In this document: positions 1-7,969 of the stretch, piece by piece | How positions within the stretch are numbered: position 1 is the stretch's first letter | How the letters are laid out: every line of letters begins with the position of its first letter | Origin: a virus | DNA length: 64,000 nt | Strand: one strand, 5' to 3' | IMG/VR virus record: IMGVR_UViG_3300020183_000007 | Span: 1 to 64,000 of that record | Made by a program: the position numbers and the translations under genes | The notes under the pieces: model-generated | The model's database searches: none | Seen by the model: only the letters and a program-made list of their open reading frames with translations | What the model was told of the DNA's origin: nothing

Positions 1-279
1 AACTCTTCCATACTTTTCTTTCTTATCAATAATAGTTTCAATTTTGACTTTATGATTTGCTGCGGTTAGCCATTGGTCAGTAAATTCTTTTGCCGCTAAT
101 CCCATTTTCTTTTCTTCAACATTAGAAGTTCTACTTTCAGGTGTATTAACTCCATATAATCGAACTCTACCCTTCTTCAACACATCAAAGCCAAGATCAA
201 TAATGATATCAAAAGTATCACCATCAACAACCTTTTTTACTTCAGCATTATATATCCACGGGTTTAATTTATCTGACAT
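1..279 (-). CDS. SNase-like (thermonuclease) nuclease, truncated by the window edge
   Basis: Not in the ORF track; translated by hand from ATG at 279: MSDKLNPWIYNAEVKKVVDGDTFDIIIDLGF...RVRLYGVNTPESR...EKYGRV. Contains the SNase motifs DGDT, RL-x-G-x-x-TPE and KYGR. Confidence 0.88.
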   Translation of the reverse strand, partial: MSDKLNPWIYNAEVKKVVDGDTFDIIIDLGFDVLKKGRVRLYGVNTPESRTSNVEEKKMGLAAKEFTDQWLTAANHKVKIETIIDKKEKYGRV

Positions 280-1173
280 TTATATCTCCTTAATTTGATT
301 AACTATCCAATATATTACAGGGGAAACAGCCCCATTGCCACACATTTTATATCTAACATTATCAGAATTATATTTACCATCAGCTCTATATAGAGTATGA
401 TTATCTGGCCAACCCATCAATCTTTCGCATTCTAAAGGTGTAAATTCTCTAACGCATAGACTGTTATTGTCTTCTACTACAATTAAATTTTCTCCTCTAC
501 TTGAGGGCTTTCCTCCTTTGCCACCGCTTCTAAGGCAGCTAGCAATCTTTTCGGAAAAATACTCTTGTTTGCTAACATTCTTCTGAGAATTCCCCGAGCC
601 GCTTTTGCTGACAGGTAATATTTTTTCGGGACATCTTTGTGCTGTTGCATGATCGAAGACAGATATAAGGTATATTCTTTTTCTTCGCTGGGGCACTCCA
701 AAGTATTGTGCATCCAGGACTGCCCATTCCGAGAAATGCGCCCCTGCTTCATCCATTTCGTAGAGGACTTGCCCAAAGTCGGCACCTGCGTTGGATGATA
801 AGGCGCCCGTAACATTTTCCCAGATTGAAATTTTTGGATATTCTCCATTTGTCTTTTCTCTCATCTCTTTAATTATTCTAATCGCCTCATAAAATAAAAC
901 AGATTGCTCTGCATTTAATCCAATTTTATTACCGGCACTTGATAAATCTTGACAAGGTGAACCAAAAACTATCAAATCTACTGCGGGGAGATCATATCCG
1001 TTAACATCTTTTATATCACGATACTTTGGAACATTGGGCCAGTGATATGATAACACTTGTTGACAATTTTGATCAATTTCAACCTGAAAAGTGCACTGAA
1101 GACCTGCAAAGTCTAAGCCTATATCTATCCCACCAGCCCCTGCAAACAAAGAGCCATAGCTTTTTATGGGCAA
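280..1173 (-). CDS. dcm: DNA (cytosine-5) methyltransferase
   Basis: Motif I SLFAGAGG, catalytic GSPCQDLS, motif VI ENV, motif VIII QRRKRIY, motif X RYKMCGNGAV. Confidence 0.95.
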   Translation of the reverse strand: MPIKSYGSLFAGAGGIDIGLDFAGLQCTFQVEIDQNCQQVLSYHWPNVPKYRDIKDVNGYDLPAVDLIVFGSPCQDLSSAGNKIGLNAEQSVLFYEAIRIIKEMREKTNGEYPKISIWENVTGALSSNAGADFGQVLYEMDEAGAHFSEWAVLDAQYFGVPQRRKRIYLISVFDHATAQRCPEKILPVSKSGSGNSQKNVSKQEYFSEKIASCLRSGGKGGKPSSRGENLIVVEDNNSLCVREFTPLECERLMGWPDNHTLYRADGKYNSDNVRYKMCGNGAVSPVIYWIVNQIKEI

Positions 1174-1174
1174 T

Positions 1175-1966
1175 TTAATCTCTTTCTATTCCCATGAAAT
1201 CACAAGCTTTTCTAAATATATCTCTGCTGATTGGAAACTTACCATCTGCCTCACTTCCAACACTCGATGACTTATGCCAGCTATGTCCTATAGAAATAGA
1301 TCCATCATAAAAAACCTTATAGCCTTTATGTCTAGCAAAATAAGAGCACCAAGTTTCTTCATAATAATGTGGCGTAGGAAGAAATGCTCCTGTAGCGTAT
1401 GGATACATCTTTCTATATTGCTCATCATTTGTTAGCGAATCCCAAACGCTTCGCCTAATAAAGTAAGCTGAACCAGAAACAGTAACGCATTCAACCATAT
1501 CTCTATATAAAATATCATTAGGGTCATGCTCTTTCCAGCCCCTATGCTTTGGATCAACATTGGACCCAACAATGCCAGCGTGAGTTATGAAACCATTTTC
1601 GTCTCTTTGCTTTGGTCCAAGAATATCTATAAACGTATTTTGCGAAAAAGAATCCATAGCCGCGCTAACAGAATAACTGTCCATCCATACATCAGCATTT
1701 AGAAGACATATAATTTCAGAACTACCTATAGCAGCTAGCTGATTACATGCAGCCGAATAACCTACGTTATCATTAAATTTAACATCATCAATATGATATC
1801 TTTTATCATTTGATTTTATCCACTTTTGCGTGTCATCAGAAGAATTATTATCTGCTATATAAAGATTCCACTTTTTGTCTACCAGATGCAAGTCGTTATG
1901 AAGACAATCTAAAAATCTATTTAGCAGATGCCTAGTATTATAATTAACTATACATAAATCAATCAT
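1175..1966 (-). CDS. GT2-family glycosyltransferase (WbbL/rhamnosyltransferase-like)
   Basis: CIVNYN, IADNNSSDDT, NVGYSAACN, LLNAD, VSGSAYFIRRSVW, YYEETW, GHSWHKS. Likely start is M14 (1966) of the 1175..2005 ORF. Confidence 0.9.
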   Translation of the reverse strand: MIDLCIVNYNTRHLLNRFLDCLHNDLHLVDKKWNLYIADNNSSDDTQKWIKSNDKRYHIDDVKFNDNVGYSAACNQLAAIGSSEIICLLNADVWMDSYSVSAAMDSFSQNTFIDILGPKQRDENGFITHAGIVGSNVDPKHRGWKEHDPNDILYRDMVECVTVSGSAYFIRRSVWDSLTNDEQYRKMYPYATGAFLPTPHYYEETWCSYFARHKGYKVFYDGSISIGHSWHKSSSVGSEADGKFPISRDIFRKACDFMGIERD

Positions 1967-2228
1967 TGATTGCTCTTTCTGTATCGGTAATTGCAGTGAA
2001 TGCATTCTGTGGACTCATACCAAAATCAACTAAATGAAGAAACTCGTCTTCAGCATATCCTATGGTCTTTGAACCGTAAAATTCAGTTAAACGATTAAGG
2101 TACTGCGCAATATTTGGTTGATTGTTTTTTTGTATTAGTCTCTTTTGAGAACTTAATCTACCAATAACTGATCCTATAGCAAACATGGCTAACAAGAATG
2201 CTGCTTTTTCACCATTCTTCATATTCAT
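1959..2228 (-). CDS. Hypothetical protein with an N-terminal hydrophobic helix (start uncertain; ORF open to 2336)
   Basis: AAFLLAMFAIGSVIG segment; packs tightly between its neighbours. Confidence 0.55.
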   Translation of the reverse strand: MNMKNGEKAAFLLAMFAIGSVIGRLSSQKRLIQKNNQPNIAQYLNRLTEFYGSKTIGYAEDEFLHLVDFGMSPQNAFTAITDTERAIND

Positions 2229-2442
2229 CATCTTGCATTTCGTGACGATTTTCATAAGCTTGCGCCCTAACCATATCTGCAACATCTTTATAGTATTGAA
2301 CATATTGCTCTTCTGCGTCCATGGAAACATAGTCATAAGTTTCCGCTATATGCAGGGCTATGTCATACGGCATGACAATTGCTGTATCATCTACGTTTAG
2401 TTTTAAGCTAATTTTTTTCTTGTACGATTGCTTCTTGCTCAT
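2209..2442 (-). CDS. Hypothetical protein, acidic C-terminus
   Basis: 77-aa ORF, co-oriented and tightly packed. Confidence 0.6.
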   Translation of the reverse strand: MSKKQSYKKKISLKLNVDDTAIVMPYDIALHIAETYDYVSMDAEEQYVQYYKDVADMVRAQAYENRHEMQDDEYEEW

Positions 2443-2641
2443 TGCTTTCTTCCTGATTATTTACTCTATGTATACTAATGCTGCCGGTGTCTGGTTCAAA
2501 TGTTATAAAAAAAACATTTTTATCATTTGCCGAATAACCTTCTGGCGGCGGACTTTCCAACGCAATCTTTTTAGAAGAACAACCATATATTTGACTATGC
2601 TCTTTATAGACTAGAATATAGTTTAATTTAGCTGCTGGCAC
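2408..2641 (-). CDS. Hypothetical protein
   Basis: 77-aa ORF with a GTG start preceded by AGAGG. Confidence 0.6.
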   Translation of the reverse strand: MPAAKLNYILVYKEHSQIYGCSSKKIALESPPPEGYSANDKNVFFITFEPDTGSISIHRVNNQEESNEQEAIVQEKN

Positions 2642-2708
2642 TTTTTACCTCTATAGTTTATATTCAGCGTATTGCCACAATAAATATCTTTTATTAAAGT
2701 GAAGTTAA

Positions 2709-2882
2709 TTACCATATTAGCAGAATCCCAGCTATAAATCCACTTATAATTGCTAATGCAACAGCAACTCTTCTTGATGCTACCTTAGTAGAGTCTAAGG
2801 ATTGCTGAAATACTTGCAACGATATGCACCAATTAATCATAAATGAAAATAAGATTAGCTTTAATATATCTAGGGCAATCAT
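2709..2882 (-). CDS. Small two-TM membrane protein (57 aa)
   Basis: Not in the ORF track; hand translation MIALDILKLILFSFMINWCISLQVFQQSLDSTKVASRRVAVALAIISGFIAGILLIW*. The ATG overlaps the thyX stop (ATGA). Confidence 0.65.
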   Translation of the reverse strand: MIALDILKLILFSFMINWCISLQVFQQSLDSTKVASRRVAVALAIISGFIAGILLIW

Positions 2883-3580
2883 AATTCACCAATAAGTAGT
2901 GGTATAGAAACTGGAAACTTATCTATTATTAAATCTCTTACTGCAAGGGCGTAAAGTTGTATTTCTTTTTGCGAGTCTTCGGCCAATCTCTGAGAGAGAA
3001 ACAATGCTATCGACTGAAGACTGCAAGACCATCTATAAATTACATACATACCATAAGCTGGCAAAAACAATCTTGCTTGCTCAGGTGCTACACCAGAATT
3101 TATTGCCATAGCATAGTGTGCCTCCCCCTGCTCTACGTAATCCAGCAGTTGTTGGGTCAATATTGCCCCAGTCCAAGGATCTACGGGGCCACCAGATCCC
3201 TGCTTTTTATTATCTGCAGCTAATCTCCAGTCATCTTTTAGCGGTACATAAAACTCTGGATCCATGGTAATATAACGTCTACTAGATTCATTCCAGGAAT
3301 CCATTGTATGATCTGCGCCAACAACATATTTCCAATGCTGACGCGCAACCATTAAAGGTGCCTTTAACTCAAAGGTGGCAAAGGCGTGTCTGAAGGGGGA
3401 CATATGATTTTCCCTAGCCAAAAAATGCAGTAATCGTCCATCTGCTACAGACATCTCTGTAGACTCTTTGGCAAATGAAGCTCTTGCTGCATTCACTATG
3501 GAAAGGTCAGAGCCCATAACATCTACAAGTCTAACATAGCCTTTATCTAAAACTTCTATAGAATTAATAACTTTCTCCAT
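2879..3580 (-). CDS. thyX: Flavin-dependent thymidylate synthase (variant signature)
   Basis: LDKGYVRLVD, IVNAARASF, HMSPFRH, PLMVARQ, WNESSRRY, PEQARLFLP, SQKEIQLYA. Likely start 3580 (MEKVINS). Confidence 0.9.
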   Translation of the reverse strand: MEKVINSIEVLDKGYVRLVDVMGSDLSIVNAARASFAKESTEMSVADGRLLHFLARENHMSPFRHAFATFELKAPLMVARQHWKYVVGADHTMDSWNESSRRYITMDPEFYVPLKDDWRLAADNKKQGSGGPVDPWTGAILTQQLLDYVEQGEAHYAMAINSGVAPEQARLFLPAYGMYVIYRWSCSLQSIALFLSQRLAEDSQKEIQLYALAVRDLIIDKFPVSIPLLIGEL

Positions 3581-3917
3581 TTTCAGATTCATCCTCTTCA
3601 AAATCTTCATCATCATCAATTGTAAAAATAATAAAATTTTCACTTATAGAATCATTGAAATCTTCAGACATTCTATACAGTAAACCTAACTTTTCAAACT
3701 CTTCACTACCAGGTTGAGCCAAATTAGACTCACCCTCATTCATTCCTTCTATTATTTCTGCTATGTTATTCAGAGCGTCAATTAATGATCTTTGTATCAA
3801 CAACAAGTCTTTGATTGCTAACGGACCATCTTTGAAGCAACTTTCGGAAAAGTCTTTTAATTCCTCTGAATTAATTATCTCAGAAAACTTTTTTTCAAAA
3901 TCAGGATCTTCGGGCAT
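3564..3917 (-). CDS. Highly acidic hypothetical protein
   Basis: 117 aa; about 34 D/E versus 8 K/R by hand count. Confidence 0.75.
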   Translation of the reverse strand: MPEDPDFEKKFSEIINSEELKDFSESCFKDGPLAIKDLLLIQRSLIDALNNIAEIIEGMNEGESNLAQPGSEEFEKLGLLYRMSEDFNDSISENFIIFTIDDDEDFEEDESENGESY

Positions 3918-3918
3918 A

Positions 3919-5976
3919 TCACACCTTTAAATTATCTTTTATAAACCTAATTTCGCATGAATCAGTTGTGCAATACTGCTCCCCTATAGCATCAGCAGCA
4001 AGCCCAGCGTATATTCCATCTAAATCTATCGGTAATAGGTTTTTTGAGCAGTTATCATAATCATTTTCATCTATCTGCGTATAAGGCATTTGTGGATAAA
4101 CAAAATTTCCCTGGGGCAAAAATGACACAGTCTTCAGCTGGCCATCGTACATGTGAAGAACTGTACCAACATGATGTTTTTCTTCTTTTGCATCAAATGA
4201 TATTGTAACTGAAACAGAATTGTCAGACCAATATCTCTGAGCTGTTGCAGCTAGGGACATTTTTTCAAAGATTGTTACATCTTTTTCTGATCTACGAGAA
4301 TCTGACTTTATTGGGAAAAAAACAACAGATGTAGTATCTGGTGATTCAGAAGCTGGCTCTACTATATAATTAGCCATTTTAAATAGCGGTAACATTGCAT
4401 CGTCGTTTGCGAATCTAATCGCTCTCAGAAAATATTTACCACCAGGGGTCCAATGTACTCCTGGAGATTCTCCGGCCAAAATAGAAACTGTACCAGAGGG
4501 TTTTATGGTAGTGGTTTTGATTGACTCACGTATACCTAACCATTCTGAATAAATATTGTCATATCTTTGAACAGTTTGATAACCATTATCCAACCACTCT
4601 CTTAATACGGGCAAGCCTAGTCTATCGGCAAAGTTTGCAACACCGGAAACTGATGTACCGATTCTACGGTTTCTTTGCATGATAGCATTTGTTTCTTCCC
4701 AATGAGTTGGAAGAAGCGTTACCGTTTTAGCATATAGGTACGCAAACTTCAAAGTTCTCTTAAAATCCTCCAAAGAATCATGCCTATTCAAGTATGTTTC
4801 AACTAGTGTGCAGCATTCATAAGACTCAAGGGATTGCTCTGCGCATGGATTATATCCTGCTACACGATGATCTTTATTATTTGGTGGATCCGCTAATCTT
4901 CCATATTTTCGTGACATGTCCATCCAAATTACACCTGGCTCACCGTTTCTAGATATTCCATCAACGATACTTGACAAATCTGTTCCAACAGATGTTTCTA
5001 CAGAGTTATTGGACATCCATCCCCAACCAGGAGCTTCTGCTAAATAGGAGTTTCTTTCCGGAAACTTTTCAGAATTCTTAAGATTTAAAAAGTTTTGGTC
5101 ATCCAAGCGCCCAATCAATAGCTCTGCCGATCTACGAACATTTCCAGATACAACACAAACACCTATAGTGTTACCAATATCAGCTATGTCAACTCTAGTT
5201 AATTTTTGCCCAGCTCTACCTTCAAACATCTTTCTAACATGATTGTGGAGCCTAATAAGTGGATCTGCGCCTGCTGCAGTGCCGCCAAATGTTTTAATTG
5301 CAGTACCCAAGGGCCTAATTAAGGAGTAATCAAATTCTAATGGGTTTTGATCTGGCTTTAAATACGAATTGATTAGAGCAACAACAGAGTTAACCCAACC
5401 TTCACGAGAATCCTCGATGGTATCTATGACCATTGGTCTGGTAGGCTCATAGATATTAAAATCTTTATCAGCGCCTTTGTCGTCAAATCCTACGCCCACA
5501 CCCAGCATTGATGCCTCCATAAGAAAGCCGAATGGCTTAGCGGGATTTGCTTTTGTCATTTCTGAGGTGCTAACAAAAGCGCAGTTCTGCAAAGCAGCAG
5601 AGTTTCTTTGCACCATCACCAGAGGGGTGCCCATAACCCAAAGCCCTCGACCAGGAGGTGTCCACTTTAAATTAAACAATCTATCAAAAGCTTCTTTGGC
5701 AGACGCTTGAGCCTTGATATCATTCCATGGTAGTCTATTTTTTTTGCAGTGTTCTTTTTGCAGAGAATACATTCCGTTAATTACTCGTTCACATACATCA
5801 ACCCAAGTTTCTTTAGTGCCATTTTCTTTGATTCTAGAATATGTTCTTAGAAATGTAATTTCTCCGACAGAATTACCTGCAGCATCTGCATAGCCGAACG
5901 GCGCCTTAACCTTTTTGTATGTCTCCACAAAATCATCACTTAAACGAAAAGTGAATAAAGATAAACCCTCAGACAT
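3919..5976 (-). CDS. nrdJ: Class II (adenosylcobalamin) ribonucleotide reductase, monomeric RTPR type
   Basis: TPPGRGLW, NCAF, GNVRRSAE, NPCAEQ..ECCTLVE, TTIKPSGTVS, C-terminal CTTDSC. Confidence 0.95.
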   Translation of the reverse strand: MSEGLSLFTFRLSDDFVETYKKVKAPFGYADAAGNSVGEITFLRTYSRIKENGTKETWVDVCERVINGMYSLQKEHCKKNRLPWNDIKAQASAKEAFDRLFNLKWTPPGRGLWVMGTPLVMVQRNSAALQNCAFVSTSEMTKANPAKPFGFLMEASMLGVGVGFDDKGADKDFNIYEPTRPMVIDTIEDSREGWVNSVVALINSYLKPDQNPLEFDYSLIRPLGTAIKTFGGTAAGADPLIRLHNHVRKMFEGRAGQKLTRVDIADIGNTIGVCVVSGNVRRSAELLIGRLDDQNFLNLKNSEKFPERNSYLAEAPGWGWMSNNSVETSVGTDLSSIVDGISRNGEPGVIWMDMSRKYGRLADPPNNKDHRVAGYNPCAEQSLESYECCTLVETYLNRHDSLEDFKRTLKFAYLYAKTVTLLPTHWEETNAIMQRNRRIGTSVSGVANFADRLGLPVLREWLDNGYQTVQRYDNIYSEWLGIRESIKTTTIKPSGTVSILAGESPGVHWTPGGKYFLRAIRFANDDAMLPLFKMANYIVEPASESPDTTSVVFFPIKSDSRRSEKDVTIFEKMSLAATAQRYWSDNSVSVTISFDAKEEKHHVGTVLHMYDGQLKTVSFLPQGNFVYPQMPYTQIDENDYDNCSKNLLPIDLDGIYAGLAADAIGEQYCTTDSCEIRFIKDNLKV

Positions 5977-5977
5977 T

Positions 5978-6676
5978 TTATACTCCTACCTTTTTAATAT
6001 ATTTATTGTTTGTTTTATTCAACTCTGCTAATTTTATTTTTTTTATTTCATTTATAGAATACACTTTGTGTATTTGTTTCTCAAAAAAGTATCCACTTCT
6101 CCAATTGAATACTTTGTCCACATTTTGCTTATGATTCATAAATATGTTACAAATAACTGCTCCACCATACACCTTAACTAAATTAGAAAACTTGACTTTT
6201 AAACTCTCCATATCTATTTTAAAACAATTTTCGTTTTCTTCCGTTCTTTGGTAAAGCCAATTATAAGCCTGCCTAGTTATTGGCGAAACATCAATTGGAT
6301 CTATGACTCCAATCTCTATTGCCTGATTTCTAAGTTCAACAACCTTTAAATCTTCTTTGAGAATATCTATATACATCGAAAACCAATCATGCTTATTAAA
6401 TTGAGCCCAACCGGTACACCAAAAAAGCAAATTAGTTGGCGGATCTGGTATAGTCGTATTTTCCATGAATGGCAGTATTGTTGCGCAACTAATTGCCTTT
6501 TTAACATGTTCTTTAGCTAGCTCTTGATCATGAAGTTTATTAATAGAATTAGTCCATAAAGTATTTATTGATTGCTCCCAACTAACATCAGCAACATATA
6601 GTTTTAAATATTTTTCTGCAACGGGAAAGGGCAGAGACTTGTTTGCTATTGCTTCTCGAAGCTCTTGTATAGACAT
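5978..6676 (-). CDS. Hypothetical protein
   Basis: 232-aa ORF, AGGA-like RBS, co-oriented. Confidence 0.8.
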   Translation of the reverse strand: MSIQELREAIANKSLPFPVAEKYLKLYVADVSWEQSINTLWTNSINKLHDQELAKEHVKKAISCATILPFMENTTIPDPPTNLLFWCTGWAQFNKHDWFSMYIDILKEDLKVVELRNQAIEIGVIDPIDVSPITRQAYNWLYQRTEENENCFKIDMESLKVKFSNLVKVYGGAVICNIFMNHKQNVDKVFNWRSGYFFEKQIHKVYSINEIKKIKLAELNKTNNKYIKKVGV

Positions 6677-6732
6677 CTTTAATCCTAAATAACCTCACAT
6701 AAATTAGTTTAAACATATATATTTGCCAGTAT

Positions 6733-6773
6733 AAAGAGACAGCCCCGTCAACTTCAGACGGGGCCGCTCCTCT
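6733..6773 (-). terminator. GC-rich hairpin; intrinsic terminator or small-RNA 3' end
   Basis: GCCCCGTC-N7-GACGGGGC perfect core, extendable to about 17 bp with G-U pairs on the minus strand and ending in CUCUUU. Confidence 0.75.
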
Positions 6774-6793
6774 ATCGACTTTCTGACAGATAC

Positions 6794-6822
6794 ATTATAT
6801 CACGTCATAGCCACTATGTAAT
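6794..6822 (-). promoter_or_regulatory. Sigma70/SigA-type promoter (extended -10)
   Basis: ATTACA-N17-TATAAT with TG at the extended -10 position (TGATATAAT). Confidence 0.65.
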
Positions 6823-6828
6823 ACTAAA

Positions 6829-7029
6829 TTAACTCTTTATAGTTGCTGCGCTTTTTGCATCACCAATTTTTGTAGCGGCAAAACCTTTGATAACGCTAAT
6901 CCCAGCAGCAACTGCTGCGGTTGTAGCGGACTTAAGTTCATCAACCCCGCCAACAGTATAAACTGCCACAAAAGCTTGAACCGCAGTCCATATTGCTCTT
7001 TCAATAATATCTTTGTGTAATTTAGTCAT
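6829..7029 (-). CDS. Holin, r1t-like family
   Basis: 66 aa, ERAIWTAVQAFVAV...AAVAAGISVIKGFAA; two TM segments. Confidence 0.8.
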   Translation of the reverse strand: MTKLHKDIIERAIWTAVQAFVAVYTVGGVDELKSATTAAVAAGISVIKGFAATKIGDAKSAATIKS

Positions 7030-7397
7030 ATAACTCCCTTGTTAAGAATACTTTTTCTAACCAGCTTCTCTATAAGAAGATGAAAAGTTAAACCTAACCA
7101 CACTCCTACTGGTATAATTGCTGTTAATGGTTTTTCAGTTAATCTCCAAAAAGATCTAGTTAAAGTTTCAATCTTTCTGGACTTTATAGCGTACACGTCG
7201 TAAGCTATAATTCCTAATACTAATGCGCCCCAAGCGGTTATCCCGCTTTTTCTTTCCTCTTTTTCAAGAATTAAGGGAGCGCATGTAATATTAGAGAGCT
7301 TTAGCCGAAGGCACTCCGTACCACTCTTGAACTTTTTCACGACCATAATCTCCAGTTGTATTAGCTTGACCGTAATTACTGGTAAACACTGTAGCAC
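7026..7397 (-). CDS. Small membrane protein resembling actinophage DUF7427-type proteins (start uncertain)
   Basis: AWGALVLGIIAYDV...ETLTRSFWR...VWLGLTFHLL. Confidence 0.6.
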   Translation of the reverse strand: MLQCLPVITVKLIQLEIMVVKKFKSGTECLRLKLSNITCAPLILEKEERKSGITAWGALVLGIIAYDVYAIKSRKIETLTRSFWRLTEKPLTAIIPVGVWLGLTFHLLIEKLVRKSILNKGVI

Positions 7398-7923
7398 TAT
7401 CTACGCCATGAAATTCAGTGGGCTTAAAAACGCCGAATGACGATGGCGCACCATTAGCTTCGGTTCTTGGTCCGTGACCAGTATCAGAAAATATATTAGC
7501 GGATGCCACACCGTCAAAGATGTAGTTATTATACAGGGAGTAATTTGTATCTGCTGTTGGCGAATGTCCATAGTCTGATGAGAATACCTTTGCCCCATCA
7601 AGACCTTTGTACTCTAGCGGACGGAATCTTGCACCATCGTATGTTGCGCTGCCGTCAGCAAAAGTGCCCGAGAGTGGATGGACGTAAAGAGTGGTTCCAA
7701 TAAATACTTGCGACAAAAATCTATTACCAGGACGTTCACCAGTTCCAGGAATATGATCATTATCTGGGGCACCGTCTAATACGTGACTAGTGCTGTAAAG
7801 CGGGTAAAATGAATAGGTACCAGTACCCTTAGACTTTTCGGTCATAGTGGTGTGTGGGTTGACCATCTCGGATGATGATCTGCCCTTTAAAACTGGTCTG
7901 GGTCCTACGTAAAAAGTGGCCAT
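7291..7923 (-). CDS. Hypothetical protein with internal degenerate repeats, probably virion-associated
   Basis: 210 aa, strong AAGGAG RBS, last gene of the structural block. Confidence 0.75.
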   Translation of the reverse strand: MATFYVGPRPVLKGRSSSEMVNPHTTMTEKSKGTGTYSFYPLYSTSHVLDGAPDNDHIPGTGERPGNRFLSQVFIGTTLYVHPLSGTFADGSATYDGARFRPLEYKGLDGAKVFSSDYGHSPTADTNYSLYNNYIFDGVASANIFSDTGHGPRTEANGAPSSFGVFKPTEFHGVDSATVFTSNYGQANTTGDYGREKVQEWYGVPSAKAL

Positions 7924-7952
7924 TTATTTTCTCCTTGTCAGAAATCTATATA

Positions 7953-7962
7953 CTTATAGTAA
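7953..7962 (-). promoter_or_regulatory. Candidate late-promoter motif TTACTATAAG
   Basis: Intergenic; the same TTACTATAA core lies upstream of the sheath gene. Confidence 0.4.
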
Positions 7963-7969
7963 TTTTAAA

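Noticed and set aside
483-848. 121-aa ORF nested in dcm, and other nested minus-strand ORFs (7401..7601, 33593..33832, 51289..51579, etc.)
   Set aside because: They are alternative frames inside well-supported genes, with no RBS or motif support.
3919-5976. Intein or intron in nrdJ
   Set aside because: Length and motifs are continuous; no splice or homing-endonuclease signatures seen.
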